Shown: one piece after another, positions 12,235-25,376 of the stretch
How the letters are laid out: each line of letters opens with the position of its first letter
Position numbering within the stretch: position 1 is the stretch's first letter
From: Novakomyces olei
Taxonomy: Eukaryota
Reading direction: 5' to 3'
DNA: 64,000 nt
NCBI GenBank assembly: GCA_016906335.1
Contig: JADEYG010000007.1
Coordinates: 2,108,001 to 2,172,000, forward strand
Made by a program: the position numbers and the translations under genes
Notes under the pieces: generated by a model
What the model was told of the DNA's origin: nothing
The model's input: the letters and a program-made list of their open reading frames with translations, nothing else
Database searches by the model: none

Positions 12235-14339
12235 TTAGCGAAAGTTGGCGAACGCCTTTTGCACGGAGCGCTTGAGCTTGAGCTCAGTCTTCTTCAAGTT
12301 GTCCACGTTGGTCTCCTCCAGCTCGAGCTGGGCCATGCAGTCCGCAATCTGGGACTCGATACGCTCACGCTCACCACGCTTGATCTTGGCCATCACGTTT
12401 GGCTCAGACAGGGAGGATTCAATGTTGGTAATGTAGGCCTCCAAGTCACGCTTGGCGTCCAGACGCTTCTGGAACTCCTTGTCCGCCTGCTTGAACTTGT
12501 CAGCATCGCTGATCATCTCCTCAATCTTGGAGCTGGAAAGGCGGCCCACAGAGTTGGTGATCTCAATGTGCGCAGTGCGGCCGGTAGTTCGCTCCTTGGC
12601 TGTGACCTTGAGCAGACCATTGGCATCAACCTCAAAGGTGGCCTCCAGCTCAGCTGCTCCCTTGGGCATTGGCGGAATGCCAGTCAATTCAAACTCGCCG
12701 AGAGATTCGTTCTCTCCGCAGTTTACACGCTCACCCTGGTAAACGGGGAAAGTAACGGTGGTCTGATTATCGGCGACAGTGGTAAAGGTACGCTTCTTGA
12801 TTGTGGGCACAGTAGTGTTGCGCGGAACTACGGGAGCGAAGATATTGCCCTCCATAGCCACACCGAGAGAAAGGGGTACAACGTCGAGCAGCAAAAGATC
12901 AGCAGTCTTGTCAGAGTTGGCCTTGTTTGTAAGCACGGCGCCCTGGACAGCGGCACCGTAGGCAACAGCCTCATCAGGGTTGATGCTCTTGTTCAATGGG
13001 CGGCCATCGAAAAAGTCCGAGACAAGCCGCTGGACCTTGGGGATACGGGTAGATCCTCCCACTAGAACAATATCGCTAACATCAGCCTTCGAGACCTTGG
13101 AGTCCTTGAGCACAGACTCGATCGGGTCAATGGTCTTGCGGAAAGTAGCCGCGTTCAAGTCCTCAAAACGAGCACGGGTAATGTTGGACGCAAAGTCAGT
13201 GCCCTGGGACAAGGAGTCAACCTCAACAGTGGTCTGGGTGACGCTAGAGAGCGATCGCTTGGCACGCTCACAGGCAGTACGGAGACGACGCAGAGCACGA
13301 GAGTCGTCAGAGATGTCAATCTTGCTCTTGCGCTTAAACTCTTGTACGAAATGGTCCACGAGGGCATTATCAAAGTCCTCACCACCCAAGTGAGTATCAC
13401 CAGCAGTAGCAAGAACCTCAAAGATACCGCCCTGAATCTTGAGCAGGGAGACATCAAAAGTACCACCACCCAAGTCGAAAATAAGCACGTTCTTGGCCTT
13501 GTCCGACTTGGAGTCCAGGCCGTAGGCAATAGCAGCAGCGGTGGGCTCGTTGATGATGCGGAGAACATTGAGACCAGCAATTGCTCCTGCATCTTTGGTT
13601 GCAGCACGTTGAGAATCAGAAAAGTAGGCGGGAACAGTTACAACTGCCTTCTCCACTTTCTGTCCAATCTTGGCCTCTGCAATGTCACGCATCTTGGACA
13701 AAACAGCGGCAGAGATCTCTTGGGGAGTAAAGCGCTTCGTCTCTCCCAAATACTGGACCTCAATCGATGGCTGTCCATCGACATCTACCACCTTGAAGGG
13801 GAAGTGCTTCATGTCCTTCTTGACATCGGGGTCATCGAAACGACGGCCAATAAGACGTTTGGCATCAAACACGGTCTAGGCCTAGTTAAAATTGAACAAG
13901 GAATAGACAATTAACATATAGCTATTGTAGGGGAAGAGAGTGAAGGGGAGGAGGAAAAGTAGAGAAAAAGAAAAAGAAAAAGAAAAAGAAAAAGAAAAAG
14001 AAAAATCGTTTAGCGCATATATAGAAACTTACATTGGCCGGGTTCATAGCGGCCTGGTTCTTGGCCGCATCGCCAACGAGACGCTCGTGTTCCGTGAATG
14101 CAACGAACGAGGGAGTAGTACGTAAGCCCTGGTCATTGGGGATAATTTCAACAGAGGGCGAGTCAGTCGGCCCTGAAAAATTTTGGTTAGAATCGACGTT
14201 TAATTTCAAGTTTTCTTTTGTCAAGTTTATCGCATAATTGAAGTTGGAAAAAGACACATTGGCGCTTACAGACTGCTACGCAAGAGTACGTGGTACCCAG
14301 GTCGATGCCAATGGCACCATCGTATGTTCCTTCAGCCAT
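12235..14339 (-). CDS. SSB1: Ribosome-associated Hsp70 (Ssb/Sks2), two introns
   Basis: [28 protein letters not shown], Ssb-type C-terminus [15 protein letters not shown] without EEVD. Confidence 0.97.
13963..14005. repeat. (GAAAAA)n tract in SSB intron 2
   Basis: Direct reading. Confidence 0.95.
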
Positions 14340-14866
14340 CTTGGACGTTTGCAAATTATGAGAGTTGCTTCTCTATAAATTTTTTTACGCCTATATAAAT
14401 ATTTTTTTTTTTCCAACGAGGACTGTTGTTTTCTGAGTAAGATTAGAAAAGACAGAAAACCCTCATTATTGTCCATTTGATCTAATAATAAATGTTATTT
14501 TTCCTCGAGATAAGGCACACACACGCATACAATATCTCTAAAGACTATTTTAACACTAGTAAAAGAGCATTACATACAAAGCAGCGAAATTGCTTGTTGC
14601 TTGTTGAATGCGGGAAGTAGCGTCGTATAATCAAGAGTAAATAAATGGGTTTGTTTTAAAGAGTGCCAACCTCGAATAGGCACAGACAACGTACTACCTT
14701 TACGTGACCCGCGCTGGCTCTTTCAAACATGGGCCACTACAAAATGTAAAGGTTTTCAATCAGCTATCATGACACTGCCGACGCTACTAATCTCCGATTT
14801 ACAATAGACATAAAACCAAAACAATTCACATTAGAACAACACCCAATCATTATACAACCCAGATAA

Positions 14867-15829
14867 TTAAACAGGGCGGCCCAGACTGCCATCCGGAATC
14901 AGATCTCTCTGGAACGATTTCATGTATTGCTGAGCACGTCGACGCATAGATCCATTTGCAAGAAAGACCTGCTTAACCGTGCCCTTGACAGCTTTCGCCA
15001 CATCGCCCGAGTACCGACAGCTAACGTAAAAATAATCAGGATCTACAATGTAATAAGGCGTCCGCTCTTCCGCACCGGGAAGAAGCTTGCGGTCTTCAGA
15101 AACATTGCTGCGCACTTCATCCTCGATATAGTTATAGTAAGTGCGGACATAGCTGCCCTGGAAAAAGAATGTCGACAGGTAATCGGAGCGCTCCATCCAG
15201 CGCGGATAGGTGGTTGTTATAATGTGATCAAGGAGTTTAGTACCGTCTTCACAGACGGCACGCGCTACCGGCAAAACTCCCTGTCCGATAGCCATCAAAA
15301 CTTTGCGGTCTTTGGCAGCCTCCCTTTTCATATGAGGCTTCATCTGAGCAAGAAGTGCCTGAAGACGCTGGGACTCGAGAAAGGGAATGATACTCTTATC
15401 GTAACCGCCGGGGACAACCGTGCACTCATAGTCAAGAAGCGTAAACTGAGGCTCCGAAAAATCCAATGGCTGCCGAAACTCGTCCACGTCCAGCAATCGC
15501 TCATAAACCTCTATGCCGTTCTGCGTAGAGCCAATCATCTTTTGCAACATGCCTCGTTGCAGACGCGTATCGCAATCTGGAGCAGATCCATGTTCGGATG
15601 CAAATCTTACACGAAATCCGTTCACTACCAACCCCTCCCAAGCTATAGCGACATCCATCGGGTCGGCTCCCTTGTCCGGCAGCAGAATCACTGCATTAGG
15701 CGTCCATTTACGGCCGTCTTTGTCCAGCTGATGAGGGTACCAGCTGGAATCGCGATTCAGTACAGTAGGCAGTTCATCCCTATTCACTAAATCTTTCCGG
15801 CCCAACTCAAAGTGCCAAATTTTGGACAT
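14867..15829 (-). CDS. DJ-1/PfpI (class I glutamine amidotransferase-like) family protein, apparently non-catalytic
   Basis: VILLPDKGADPMDVAIAW..L...GF.V.FASE.G..P.CD; VVPGG; KVLMAIGQGVLPVAR; YFYVSCRYSGD. Confidence 0.75.
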   Translation of the reverse strand: MSKIWHFELGRKDLVNRDELPTVLNRDSSWYPHQLDKDGRKWTPNAVILLPDKGADPMDVAIAWEGLVVNGFRVRFASEHGSAPDCDTRLQRGMLQKMIGSTQNGIEVYERLLDVDEFRQPLDFSEPQFTLLDYECTVVPGGYDKSIIPFLESQRLQALLAQMKPHMKREAAKDRKVLMAIGQGVLPVARAVCEDGTKLLDHIITTTYPRWMERSDYLSTFFFQGSYVRTYYNYIEDEVRSNVSEDRKLLPGAEERTPYYIVDPDYFYVSCRYSGDVAKAVKGTVKQVFLANGSMRRRAQQYMKSFQRDLIPDGSLGRPV

Positions 15830-15956
15830 TATGTCAAACTGATCAATGCATAGAAGGAAGGTGCTGTGCTTGTGTTTATACTAATTGGAGAATACTTGTC
15901 ATTTTGCAAGTATAGGGAGGAGTATTGTATAAAAATACAAAAGAAATAATGCGAAT

Positions 15957-16062
15957 GAATAAATATGAATAAATATGAATAAATATGAATAAATATGAAT
16001 AAATATGAATAAATATGAATAAATATGAATAAATATGAATAAATATGAATAAATGTGAATAA
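15957..16062. repeat. (GAATAAATAT)n tandem repeat
   Basis: Direct reading, about 10 copies. Confidence 0.95.
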
Positions 16063-16163
16063 AATAAAAAGATTAAAATAAATCTTTCTACACCCTATTA
16101 CAGAAACTTTAATTCTACGAGCTCAAACTTAAACAATAGTGCGATCTTCATTACTACTACGTT

Positions 16164-18198
16164 CTAATCGTCATCGTCCCAGTTTGGCCTGCCACTGGGA
16201 GGCTTTGGCCCACCGGCTGGTTTAGCCATGACCACTTGATCCACTCGAAGTATAGTAAGAGCTGCATCTCCCGACAGCTTAAGAGCCCAGTATTTTGCAG
16301 ACAAAATGTCCAAGATCCCAGCGCGAACTGCATCATGGATTCCAGTGCCATTATTATCCTCAACATCGACACCGATGCATTTTCCGTCCGGCTTTTGATG
16401 GGCTGCATATAAGCGCGAAAGCACTTCAGTACCATCGAGTCCTGCATTCTCTGCCAGCGTCCTTGGAACGACTTCAAAGGCCTCAGCGAACGATTGAATT
16501 GCATATTGGCACAGCCCTGGAGTACGAGCAGCATAATCTGAGATTGACTTGATCAGTTCCATTTCAGCAGCACCTGCTCCAGCAACGAGCCTGTTATCTT
16601 TTATCAAAGCTTTCACCGCATTCACGCCGTCATCGATTGCACGTTCAACATCATCTAAATGACTCTGAGTGCCCCCACGCAGAACAATAGTGCTTGTACG
16701 AGTTTGCTCTGTTTCCTGTCTAAAAGTAGTCACGCGATCTCCTCCAATTTCAACGGTCTCCACTACGTCAATCGTACCCATTTCCTCAGGCATCGGTGCC
16801 CCCAGACGCGCTAGTGGGGTGGCCCCCACGACACGACAGAGTCTGCGGAGATCAAACTTGCTGGGAACTTTGATCGCCAGTATCTCATAGCGATCGAGAT
16901 AGTGAAGTGCTAATTCACCAAAACTGGCACTGGAAACAACAACACGCAAACCCGAATCATAAAGCTCTTTTACAGCAGCCTCTAATTGCTGCTCTTCGCC
17001 CTTGGAAAAGTCCAACATTTCTTGTGCGCTTCTTAGTAAAACCGTGCCCTTTGTTTCCGTTTGAGAAATGTCAATTGGGCAAGTGTAGATACCGACTTTA
17101 GCTTTACGCGCGCTTTTAACGATTCCCTCTGGCTCACGGGGGAAAACCATACCCTTCACTACTTGGGATCCTTCGAGGCTGGAACCCATAACTTTTACCA
17201 CACGGACATTGTCCACATTGAAGGCTTCAGTTTTCTTGGGAAGGACCGCAAGAACAGCATCCGCAACGAGCTGTGACAGTTTATCTTCGTAACCGAACTG
17301 TTTGGCGGCAATTGAAGAACGTACCGCTTTTGCCAGCTCTGCATGCTCCCGGACATCGTTAACCGTGGAGACTTTGAGTGTTTCTGCTGATGTCAGCACA
17401 CGGTCCAGGGATTATATAAAGAAAGAAAAACAATGGGAGAAAGAAAGAAAGAACAACGAACAAACAAACAGACGAACTACACATGATATCATAAAACGTT
17501 TTCGTAAACCAAAATTAGACACTGAACAATAAAAAGATACTGAACAATGAAAGGAGTTCAAGATGAATAATTTAAACAAGAAGCATTTATCTTTTGTTCA
17601 AAACTTGCAGCAAAGCCAAGCACTCACCATCAACCTGCTTTAACGCAAAATCCAGAGCCATTTCATAACCCTGAATAATTTCAGCAGTGTGCAAGCCCAT
17701 ATGTAGCAAATCTTCTGCTTTACGCAAGAGCTCGCCGGCAAACACCAAAACAAAATTTGTCGCGTCTCCCAGCTACAGATTAGTAAGGAGTTCCATCAAA
17801 GGCTCGATGGATAAAAAGAATCAAGATATTACCTCGTTCTCCTGTTGCTGAGAAGCCATTACTACCAGTTTCGCAGCAGGATGGACGACTTCCAGCTCGC
17901 GCACAATAGTGGCCGCGTCGTTTGTCAAGAAAATCTTTGAAAGATGATTCACGACTTGACGCCATTAGCAAATAAACTAGAAACCAAAAAGGCAGCAAGC
18001 TTCAGCTTTTCGTAAATCTTTTTGCAATTAATTACCAATCTTATTGCGTCCATTTGGGCCAAGTGAGGTTCGCACTATATCACTAAGCTCACGTACGGCC
18101 TGGCAGTTTCGCACGACCGCCTCGTCCGCGCCCTGCATAACACGGTACCCATCTTTAAACAGCTGAGGGCCAGGCTGGCGTGGCACGCGAAGAGCCAT
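16164..18198 (-). CDS. CCT8: Chaperonin CCT theta subunit, three introns
   Basis: MALRVPRQPGPQLFKDGY...RTSLGPNGRNKI; FNVDNVRVVKVMG; C-terminal AKPAGGPKPP..NWDDDD. Confidence 0.97.
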
Positions 18199-18563
18199 AA
18201 TAAACGCGCTACAATTAACTGGCCACTAATATTAGTCGGCCGTTCAGCTTTCTGCAGAGTTTGATCGATACTCTGTTAATATATTATTATAAGCAGCGAA
18301 TACCGTAGACGAATAAAGATTTAATTGAACGACATTATCTCGTGGACTATACATAGCACAAATTAATGTATGTGAGCGGCTCCTCATAAATTATTATTAC
18401 CAATACCAAGAATATTTTTCTGATGCTGAACCAGAAATTAATCTTACCATATATATATTATATATAATTATATATATAATTAAATATATATGTATATTAT
18501 TCTTCCGAGTTGTCGAATCCTCAAATTAAAAACAAAAAATAGAATCTCTACATAATAATCATC

Positions 18564-20465
18564 ATGGATCAGTTAAAGCATAAGCTAGAGGAGGCGGTAA
18601 TTGGAGAACCGGCCGCGGAAAATGTACCGCTGGGGTAAGTATTCAATAAAGCTCGTTGTCTGACAGTTGTAGGGAGGACGGCAAACCATTGAGCAAAAAA
18701 GCGCTGAAAAAGCTGGAACAACAGCGTGAAAAGGCAGCCAAAAAAGCCGCTACAGAGCAGAGACTAGCGGCCGAAAAGGCGGCCCGCGAAGCCAGTGAAG
18801 TCGATGTTTCCACGGAAAAGTATGGACGTCTACCCATAAACAATTCGTCTCATCGTTCGAGTAAGTTGAGTGGACTGCTAACAGGAAAACTATGGAATAC
18901 TGTCAAGGGAATAATTAAAATTCAGTCGTAAAAAATAAAATAAAACTAATAACTGAATGTAAATTTCACCGTTCTGACCCGCTACAGATCGCAAATTCAG
19001 CCAGATTAAATCGCTGTCTGGCGCAGACGATGGAGCCACTGTGCTTTTGCGCGCTAGGGTGCACAATACACGGTTGCAAGGCAATAAAATGTGCTTTATA
19101 GTGCTTCGTCAGCAAATTGATACTATCCAGGCAATTGTATCCGTTCAGCCGGATGTCATATCCAAGCAGATGGTTAAATGGACGGGATCTATCAATCTTG
19201 AAAGTGTCGTTATCGTTCAGGGCCGAGTGCAAAAGTCCCCGGAAACAGTGAAAGGTGCTACGGTAAAGGACGCAGAGCTATTGGTTGATACGATCCATGT
19301 TGTTGCTGATGGACCGGAGAAGCTGCCGTTCCAGCTTGACGATGCCGCTCGCTCAGAGTTAGAAATCGTAGAGTCAGAAGAATCAGCAGAGCGCGGTGAG
19401 AGCAAGTTTGCCCGTGTCGGACTTGACACGAGACTGAACAATCGTGTACTGGATCTGCGTACTCTGACAAACCAGGCCATTTTTGATATTCAGAGCGCTA
19501 TTTGCCGGCTTTTCCGGGAGTATCTTCTCCGTGAATCCTTTTCAGAGATTCATACTCCCAAGATGATCAGTGCTTCATCAGAGGGCGGGTCCAACTTGTT
19601 CAGCATCCAGTACTTTAAAACACCCGGGTTCCTGGCTCAATCCCCTCAGCTGTATAAGCAAATGCTTATAGCTGCTGACCGTGAACGTGTCTTTGAAGTG
19701 GGCCCAGTGTTCCGTGCCGAGGACTCAAACACGTACCGGCACATGACTGAGTTTACGGGTCTTGACTTGGAGATGGCCTTTAACGAACACTACCATGAGG
19801 CAATGGAGCTGATCGAGGATATGCTACTCTACGTTTTCCGTGAGCTCAAGGCAAACTACGCAAAGCAAATAGAAACTGTTCGACAGCAGTACTCGTGCGA
19901 AGAGTTTCTGCTCCCTCAGAAACCTGTGAGGTTTACATTCGCTGAAGCAGTGGCGTTACTGCAGCAACACGGCTGGCGACAGCAGCGTCAGCCGGGCCAA
20001 GTCTTCATGGACGAAGACGAGGATGCGCGGTACAAGGAGGACGTGCAGTTTGATGATTTTGGTACGCGTGAAGAAAAGTTTTTGGGAACAATTGTGCGTG
20101 AACAGTTCAAGACGGATTTCTATGTGGTCGACAAGTTTCCGCTTAAAGTACGGCCGTTTTATACCATGCCGGACCCACATGACCCGCGGTTGTCAAACTC
20201 ATACGACTTTTTTATGCGCGGTGAAGAGATTCTTTCGGGGGCTCAACGTGTACATGAGCCAGAGCTCTTGCTACAACGTATCCGTTCTCTCGGCATTGAT
20301 CCGGAACAGGGCCTGATGGACTACGTTAACGCTTTTAGGTTTGGAGCACCACCTCATGCTGGTGGAGGCATCGGTCTGGAACGTGTAATGATGTTCTTCT
20401 TGGGGCTGCCGAATATTCGTCTTGCCAGCTCGTTCCCTCGTGACCCTAAACGGCTGACGCCTTAG
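18564..20465 (+). CDS. DPS1: Cytosolic aspartyl-tRNA synthetase, two introns
   Basis: [58 protein letters not shown]. Confidence 0.97.
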
Positions 20466-20514
20466 ATTTTAGCTTTATTAGATAATAACTGAAAATGAAA
20501 AGTAAATAAAGAAG

Positions 20515-20710
<196 letters not shown>

Positions 20711-20898
20711 CCAACAAGCTCTTGGAATCCAAGACCTGCTCTGGCTCTGCAATACAATAAATCATGAACTAGGCCAATAGTCTCGTTATGCCAGATTCAC
20801 CTTCTACAGGACACAGTATTTAAGCAAAAAGCACGCTGCCAAGCTCGCTCACTCGCAAAAAAAATATATATAAAGCACTAGCCAAACTATGAGATCTC

Positions 20899-22856
20899 CT
20901 ACTTTTCCGCATACTTGCCAATAACCGTGTCTGGGGCATACTTTTCAATAGTATCAGGATCATGAAGCATATTAAATTCTTCTGAGGCTTCACGCCCAGC
21001 GTACAGCAGAATAGCCTTGGGTCCACCGGGATGATCAGGCAAGAACTTTGTCACGTCCAAGACGAGGCCGTTAATAGCCACCCAGACGTCGCTTTCCTTG
21101 TTGTGCTTGCCGATATCTGAAGCAGAAAAGGTCTTGTCTGGTATTTCGAATTTTTTAGCTGCTTTTTTCCCAGGCGGCGTGGACACTTGAGCAGTAGAAT
21201 CCTCGCTCGGTGACTCTGTTGCACTATTAGCGGCTACTGGCTGACTAGCTGTGTCCACCGATTTCTCTACGTCATTACCAGCACCAAAATCGTACTCGAC
21301 CATAACTTTACCCTTTGCCGGATCAATACGAACACGAGTATCAATCAGGTGCTGGCTCACTTGGCCGAGACGACGGCCGGCGGACGTTTTAGCCTCCTTT
21401 ATCAGCTTTTCCATGAGAGCACGAGAAGCACTCTCTCCCGCCACTCGGCCATAGACAACACAGCCAGCGAGGGAACTGCCACCGAGCCGATTGGCGCCGT
21501 GAACTCCTCCGGCCAGTTCACCGCAAGCATAGAGGCCGGCAATAGGCTTTTCCGACTTGTCCAGAACCTGACTGTTGCTGTTAATTTCCACTCCTCCCAT
21601 AGTATAATGCAGCACTGGCTGCATTAGTGCTACGTGGAAAGTGTCTTGTGCGGTGAAAGGAGCATTGTTGAAATACTTCTTGCCAAAAGGATCTTTCTTC
21701 TTGCCTTCTGCAATGGCATTGTAATCTGAAAACGTATCTTTAAGCGCCTGTGGGCTAACCCCAAGCTCCTTGGCCAGAGCGTCGACGCCCTGGATCTTTT
21801 TCATAAGGCCACGGCCAACGTAATGCTTGCAGTGCCATTCCAGCTCTTTTGCTCCTTTGGAATTCAACACCAGCCGAATCTTAGTTCCGTTCTTGAACAT
21901 TTCGTTGGATACGTAATCGCGATGGCCAAGTTCATCGCAAAATCGATGGCCTTTAGCGTCGAGCAAAAGAGCTCCTGCTCCACGAACTGCCTCAGCGCAC
22001 AGAAACTTGACTTTTGCATCCGGATCTTTGGGGTCGACAAGGCCGGTGGGATGAACTTGGACTTTTTCCATATCAATAGTATTACCGCCAGCAGCGGCCA
22101 CCATTTTATGCCCGTCGCCAGTGCAATGAGATCCGTTTGTGGTAGAGAGGCCTACAACATCGGGCCTATACTTTTGCAAAAGCGAGTCTGACGATGAGAA
22201 ATCGGCAGCGTATCCTCCAGTCGCCAAAACTACAGGACCATATTCTTTGTAAGGCTTTCCCTCAAACTCGTATTCCACTCCCGTCACATTGTCTTTCTCT
22301 CCCAGGAGCTTGAACACTCTAGCTTTTTTGATAATCCGCACACGCTCGGGGTGTTCCTCGGCAATTGCCTCCATCTTCTCCATCAGGGCGTAAGTGATAG
22401 CCATACCGGGAAACTTGTTTTGATGGCCACGATGAGTACGTGGCTGCGAGTGCCCGCCGAGTCGCGAGACGAGACTGAGATCGAGATCGAATACATCCTG
22501 CAGCCATTCCACCGCTGCCGCCGACTTGTAAGTCAATACTTTGATCAAGTCTATGATGATTAGTATATAAAAGGGATAATACGACTAGAGAAAACAAGGG
22601 TTGCAAAAGTACCTGGACGAGCCAAGTCACGAGCCGACTTGAGCGTATCATCATAAAACTGTTTGGCCGAGTCTTTAATCTCGAGTGCTATTTGTGTGCG
22701 AGTAAGAGCTCCGTTGATACCGGAAGTGGCTTTAGTCGAGTTTCCGCCAAAGAACCCATTCTTATCCAGTAAAAGGACATTACCGCCGCTTTCTAATACT
22801 GTATGTGCAGCAGAAAGACCCGCCAGGCCACCGCCTACAACAATAACCTGAGCCAT
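20899..22856 (-). CDS. OSM1: Soluble fumarate reductase (flavocytochrome c type) with C-terminal cytochrome b5 domain, one intron
   Basis: VIVVGGGLAGLSAA, GGNSTKATSGING, LHYTMGG, GVHGANRLGGSSL; b5: KHN..DVW..VLDVTKFLPDHPGG..EFNMLH. Confidence 0.92.
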
Positions 22857-23283
22857 ATTTGGGAGAGGAGCTGTACAGGACAAATTCTTGCGTCTGCTTG
22901 CTCACAGATATATATATACGATTACCCAAAATTGTGGGGTAGCATACCGAATACCGCGGTTGCCTGATTGGCTAGCTGCCTAAATGGCGGGATAATCGGC
23001 GGGATATTTTTGGCATTGACAAGTACGCTTTCCAGCAGCATTACTTGACACTCGACACTGTGGATTAACAGTTACAGCTTACTTGTGACATGGCCAAGTA
23101 AACAGACTAGCAATAGACTAATTATAATATTTATTTCTTATTATTTGATGCTAAATTATCTATATTTAATTTTATATGAAGACTGTCAATTAATTATTTG
23201 TATATTTGTTTATTTGTCATTTATATATTCCTAAACTACGCGTCTAATCACGAATCTATTCGGTCGTTCCTTTGCAACTTTTT

Positions 23284-25149
23284 CTAAAGTACAGTTTCAC
23301 CCGGACGGGTACGTAGTGGCCATTGTGCAGCGGCCGCTGCGCATAGTGAGAGTACGCCTACAACGGCACACTCTACCGTAAAACCACAATAATTCCGCAG
23401 AGTAGCAGCAATCAGAGGTCCCACCGTCAGTCCAAAGCTCCATACGACATTGTAAACGCCAAAGATAACACCATACACTCCAGTTGAGGCTAGATTCCAC
23501 CTTGGATGCTGCGCTACGTAGTCCTCCACTACACGAGTGATTACGACTGCTCCCGGGCTGTCTGTCAAAGCAAGTCCTGATCCCACTGCCAAAAGCACTA
23601 CCATGAAAATGACAAGCCCCGCTGCGGATGCTACTGCGCCAAAAGCAATCATGGCCAGCCCTAGGAATCCATAACCAGCCACCGCAATTCGGCGTGGGCC
23701 CATACGGTCAACAAAATGCCCGGCTACAGGGCCCAGTAAGATAAGTGGCAGATTTACACTGCCCATTACCATCCCACTTTTAAGCGAGTCAAAGCCGAAA
23801 AGCTGCTCTGTCTCTAATGGCAAAGTCGAGTCGAGCGCGCCAAGCACCATCGCTTGAACACAGGCCATAAACATTGCCGCCAGACTCTGTCGCTGCCTCA
23901 ATATTCCCAGGACTGAGCCTTTGTCTGCACTGCCTCCGTCACCTTCCTGTTCCTGGCAAAAGTCGTCTGAACCATCGGATTGTGCAGTATTGCCTTGCGC
24001 GGGTTGAGCTTGAATGCTTCCATGATTCTGTACATTTTCCTCAACGTCACCTTCAGACCGATTGTGCAAAAGAGGCTCGCTCTCTGCTCCAACACGACCG
24101 GGAAGCGTTGCAGACACTCCCTCACAACGGAGACGTTCTGCCCTCTCAATAATGAGAGAACGCATAAAGATATCGACTGCCAGAATGATAAAAGCCATAT
24201 AAAAGACGGCATAGTAACCCCAGATCCGGTAAACTACGCCTCCAAGGGGCGGCGACACTAGTGTTCCCACCGATACTATAGCAAAGACAGTTCCAAGTAC
24301 GGATCCGCGGGATTCCGGATCGACTGTGTCGACGAGTAGCGCCATACCGGAAGACCATATAATGCCGGCAGACAACCCTTGCAGGATCCGGCCAATCACG
24401 AGAATCCACACTATTGATTAGACTTTACAGACAGTGAAACGAAACAGACACAGAAACAAAAGCGAAATATGAAAATACCATTGAATTAAAAAATTTAAAT
24501 AATAAATTTAAATAATAAATGAAAATAATAAATGAAAATAATAAAAAAATAACAATAAATGAGAATAATAAAATAGTTGGAAATGGATTAAATGAAAGGT
24601 GGAAAAAGAAGCCGCGCAAGAGCCCTAATCAACAAATACACGTATTTTCAGGAGACGGCCTACATTTCAAGCCCACGCATATTAAAGCAGTGGCCCCCGT
24701 AAGACAAAGCTGTCCAAACAGCAAAACCCCCTTTCGCGACCCCAGCTTGTCCGAAATGATTCCGCACAGAGGTCCCATTACTACGACAATGCTGGCGTAG
24801 GCAACGAGTAGCAAAGCGACGGCCGTCTGTACTCGGGACTCTGGGACACCGATCCGGTCGTGTAGCGTGAAGGGGAAAATAGGAACTACCATCCCATACA
24901 TGAACAAATCGACAAACATGGCGTATGCGATAACCGCAGTCTATTATTGTCTCGTTAGAAGTCGCGCTAAACCATTTAATATGACTGCTGCCTCTTTCTA
25001 GAGGCAGCTCCTATCATTCACGCATACCACGAATACAGGATTAGACCGCCACCGCCAACCTATACGTTAATGCCGGAGCAATACACATACCGAAATCACT
25101 TACCGTACGGAGGCTTCCATGTATGTTTTTTGCTTTTGCTTCTCGGCAT
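23284..25149 (-). CDS. MFS transporter, vesicular amine transporter-like, three introns
   Basis: KPPYGWRWRSNPVFV, FVDLFMYGMVVPIFP, GIISDKLGSRK, GRILQGLSA; alternative in-frame ATG at 25170. Confidence 0.85.
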
Positions 25150-25273
25150 TGGAAGGCAAGTGCATTGCATATTAGGGTATTGAGCCAGGCTCTGCCTGAC
25201 CTGGACGGCGACGGTTAAGTCGGGATAAGTATAGTATTAGCATTGATAAGATAATAGAATTATATTGCCCATG

Positions 25274-25287
25274 TAAACCCTAACCCT
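25274..25287. promoter_or_regulatory. Tandem AACCCT boxes in the MFS/MAE1 divergent promoter
   Basis: taaaccctaaccct. Confidence 0.5.
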
Positions 25288-25376
25288 GTTGACAGCGGTT
25301 ATTTACATTACACATAATATATATATTACTATACATTTTGTATTAGTCTTGCAATCGGCAGTGGCCTAGTCATGCC

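Noticed and set aside
12190..13914. Long plus-strand ORFs (291 aa and 190 aa) antisense to SSB
   Set aside because: Known antisense shadow ORFs of Hsp70 genes caused by codon bias; no independent gene signals
14927..15790. 287-aa plus-strand ORF
   Set aside because: Lies fully antisense to the DJ-1-like gene and has no recognisable motif
17393..17627. Long CCT8 intron as a C/D snoRNA host
   Set aside because: No convincing RUGAUGA...CUGA pair with a guide sequence on the sense strand
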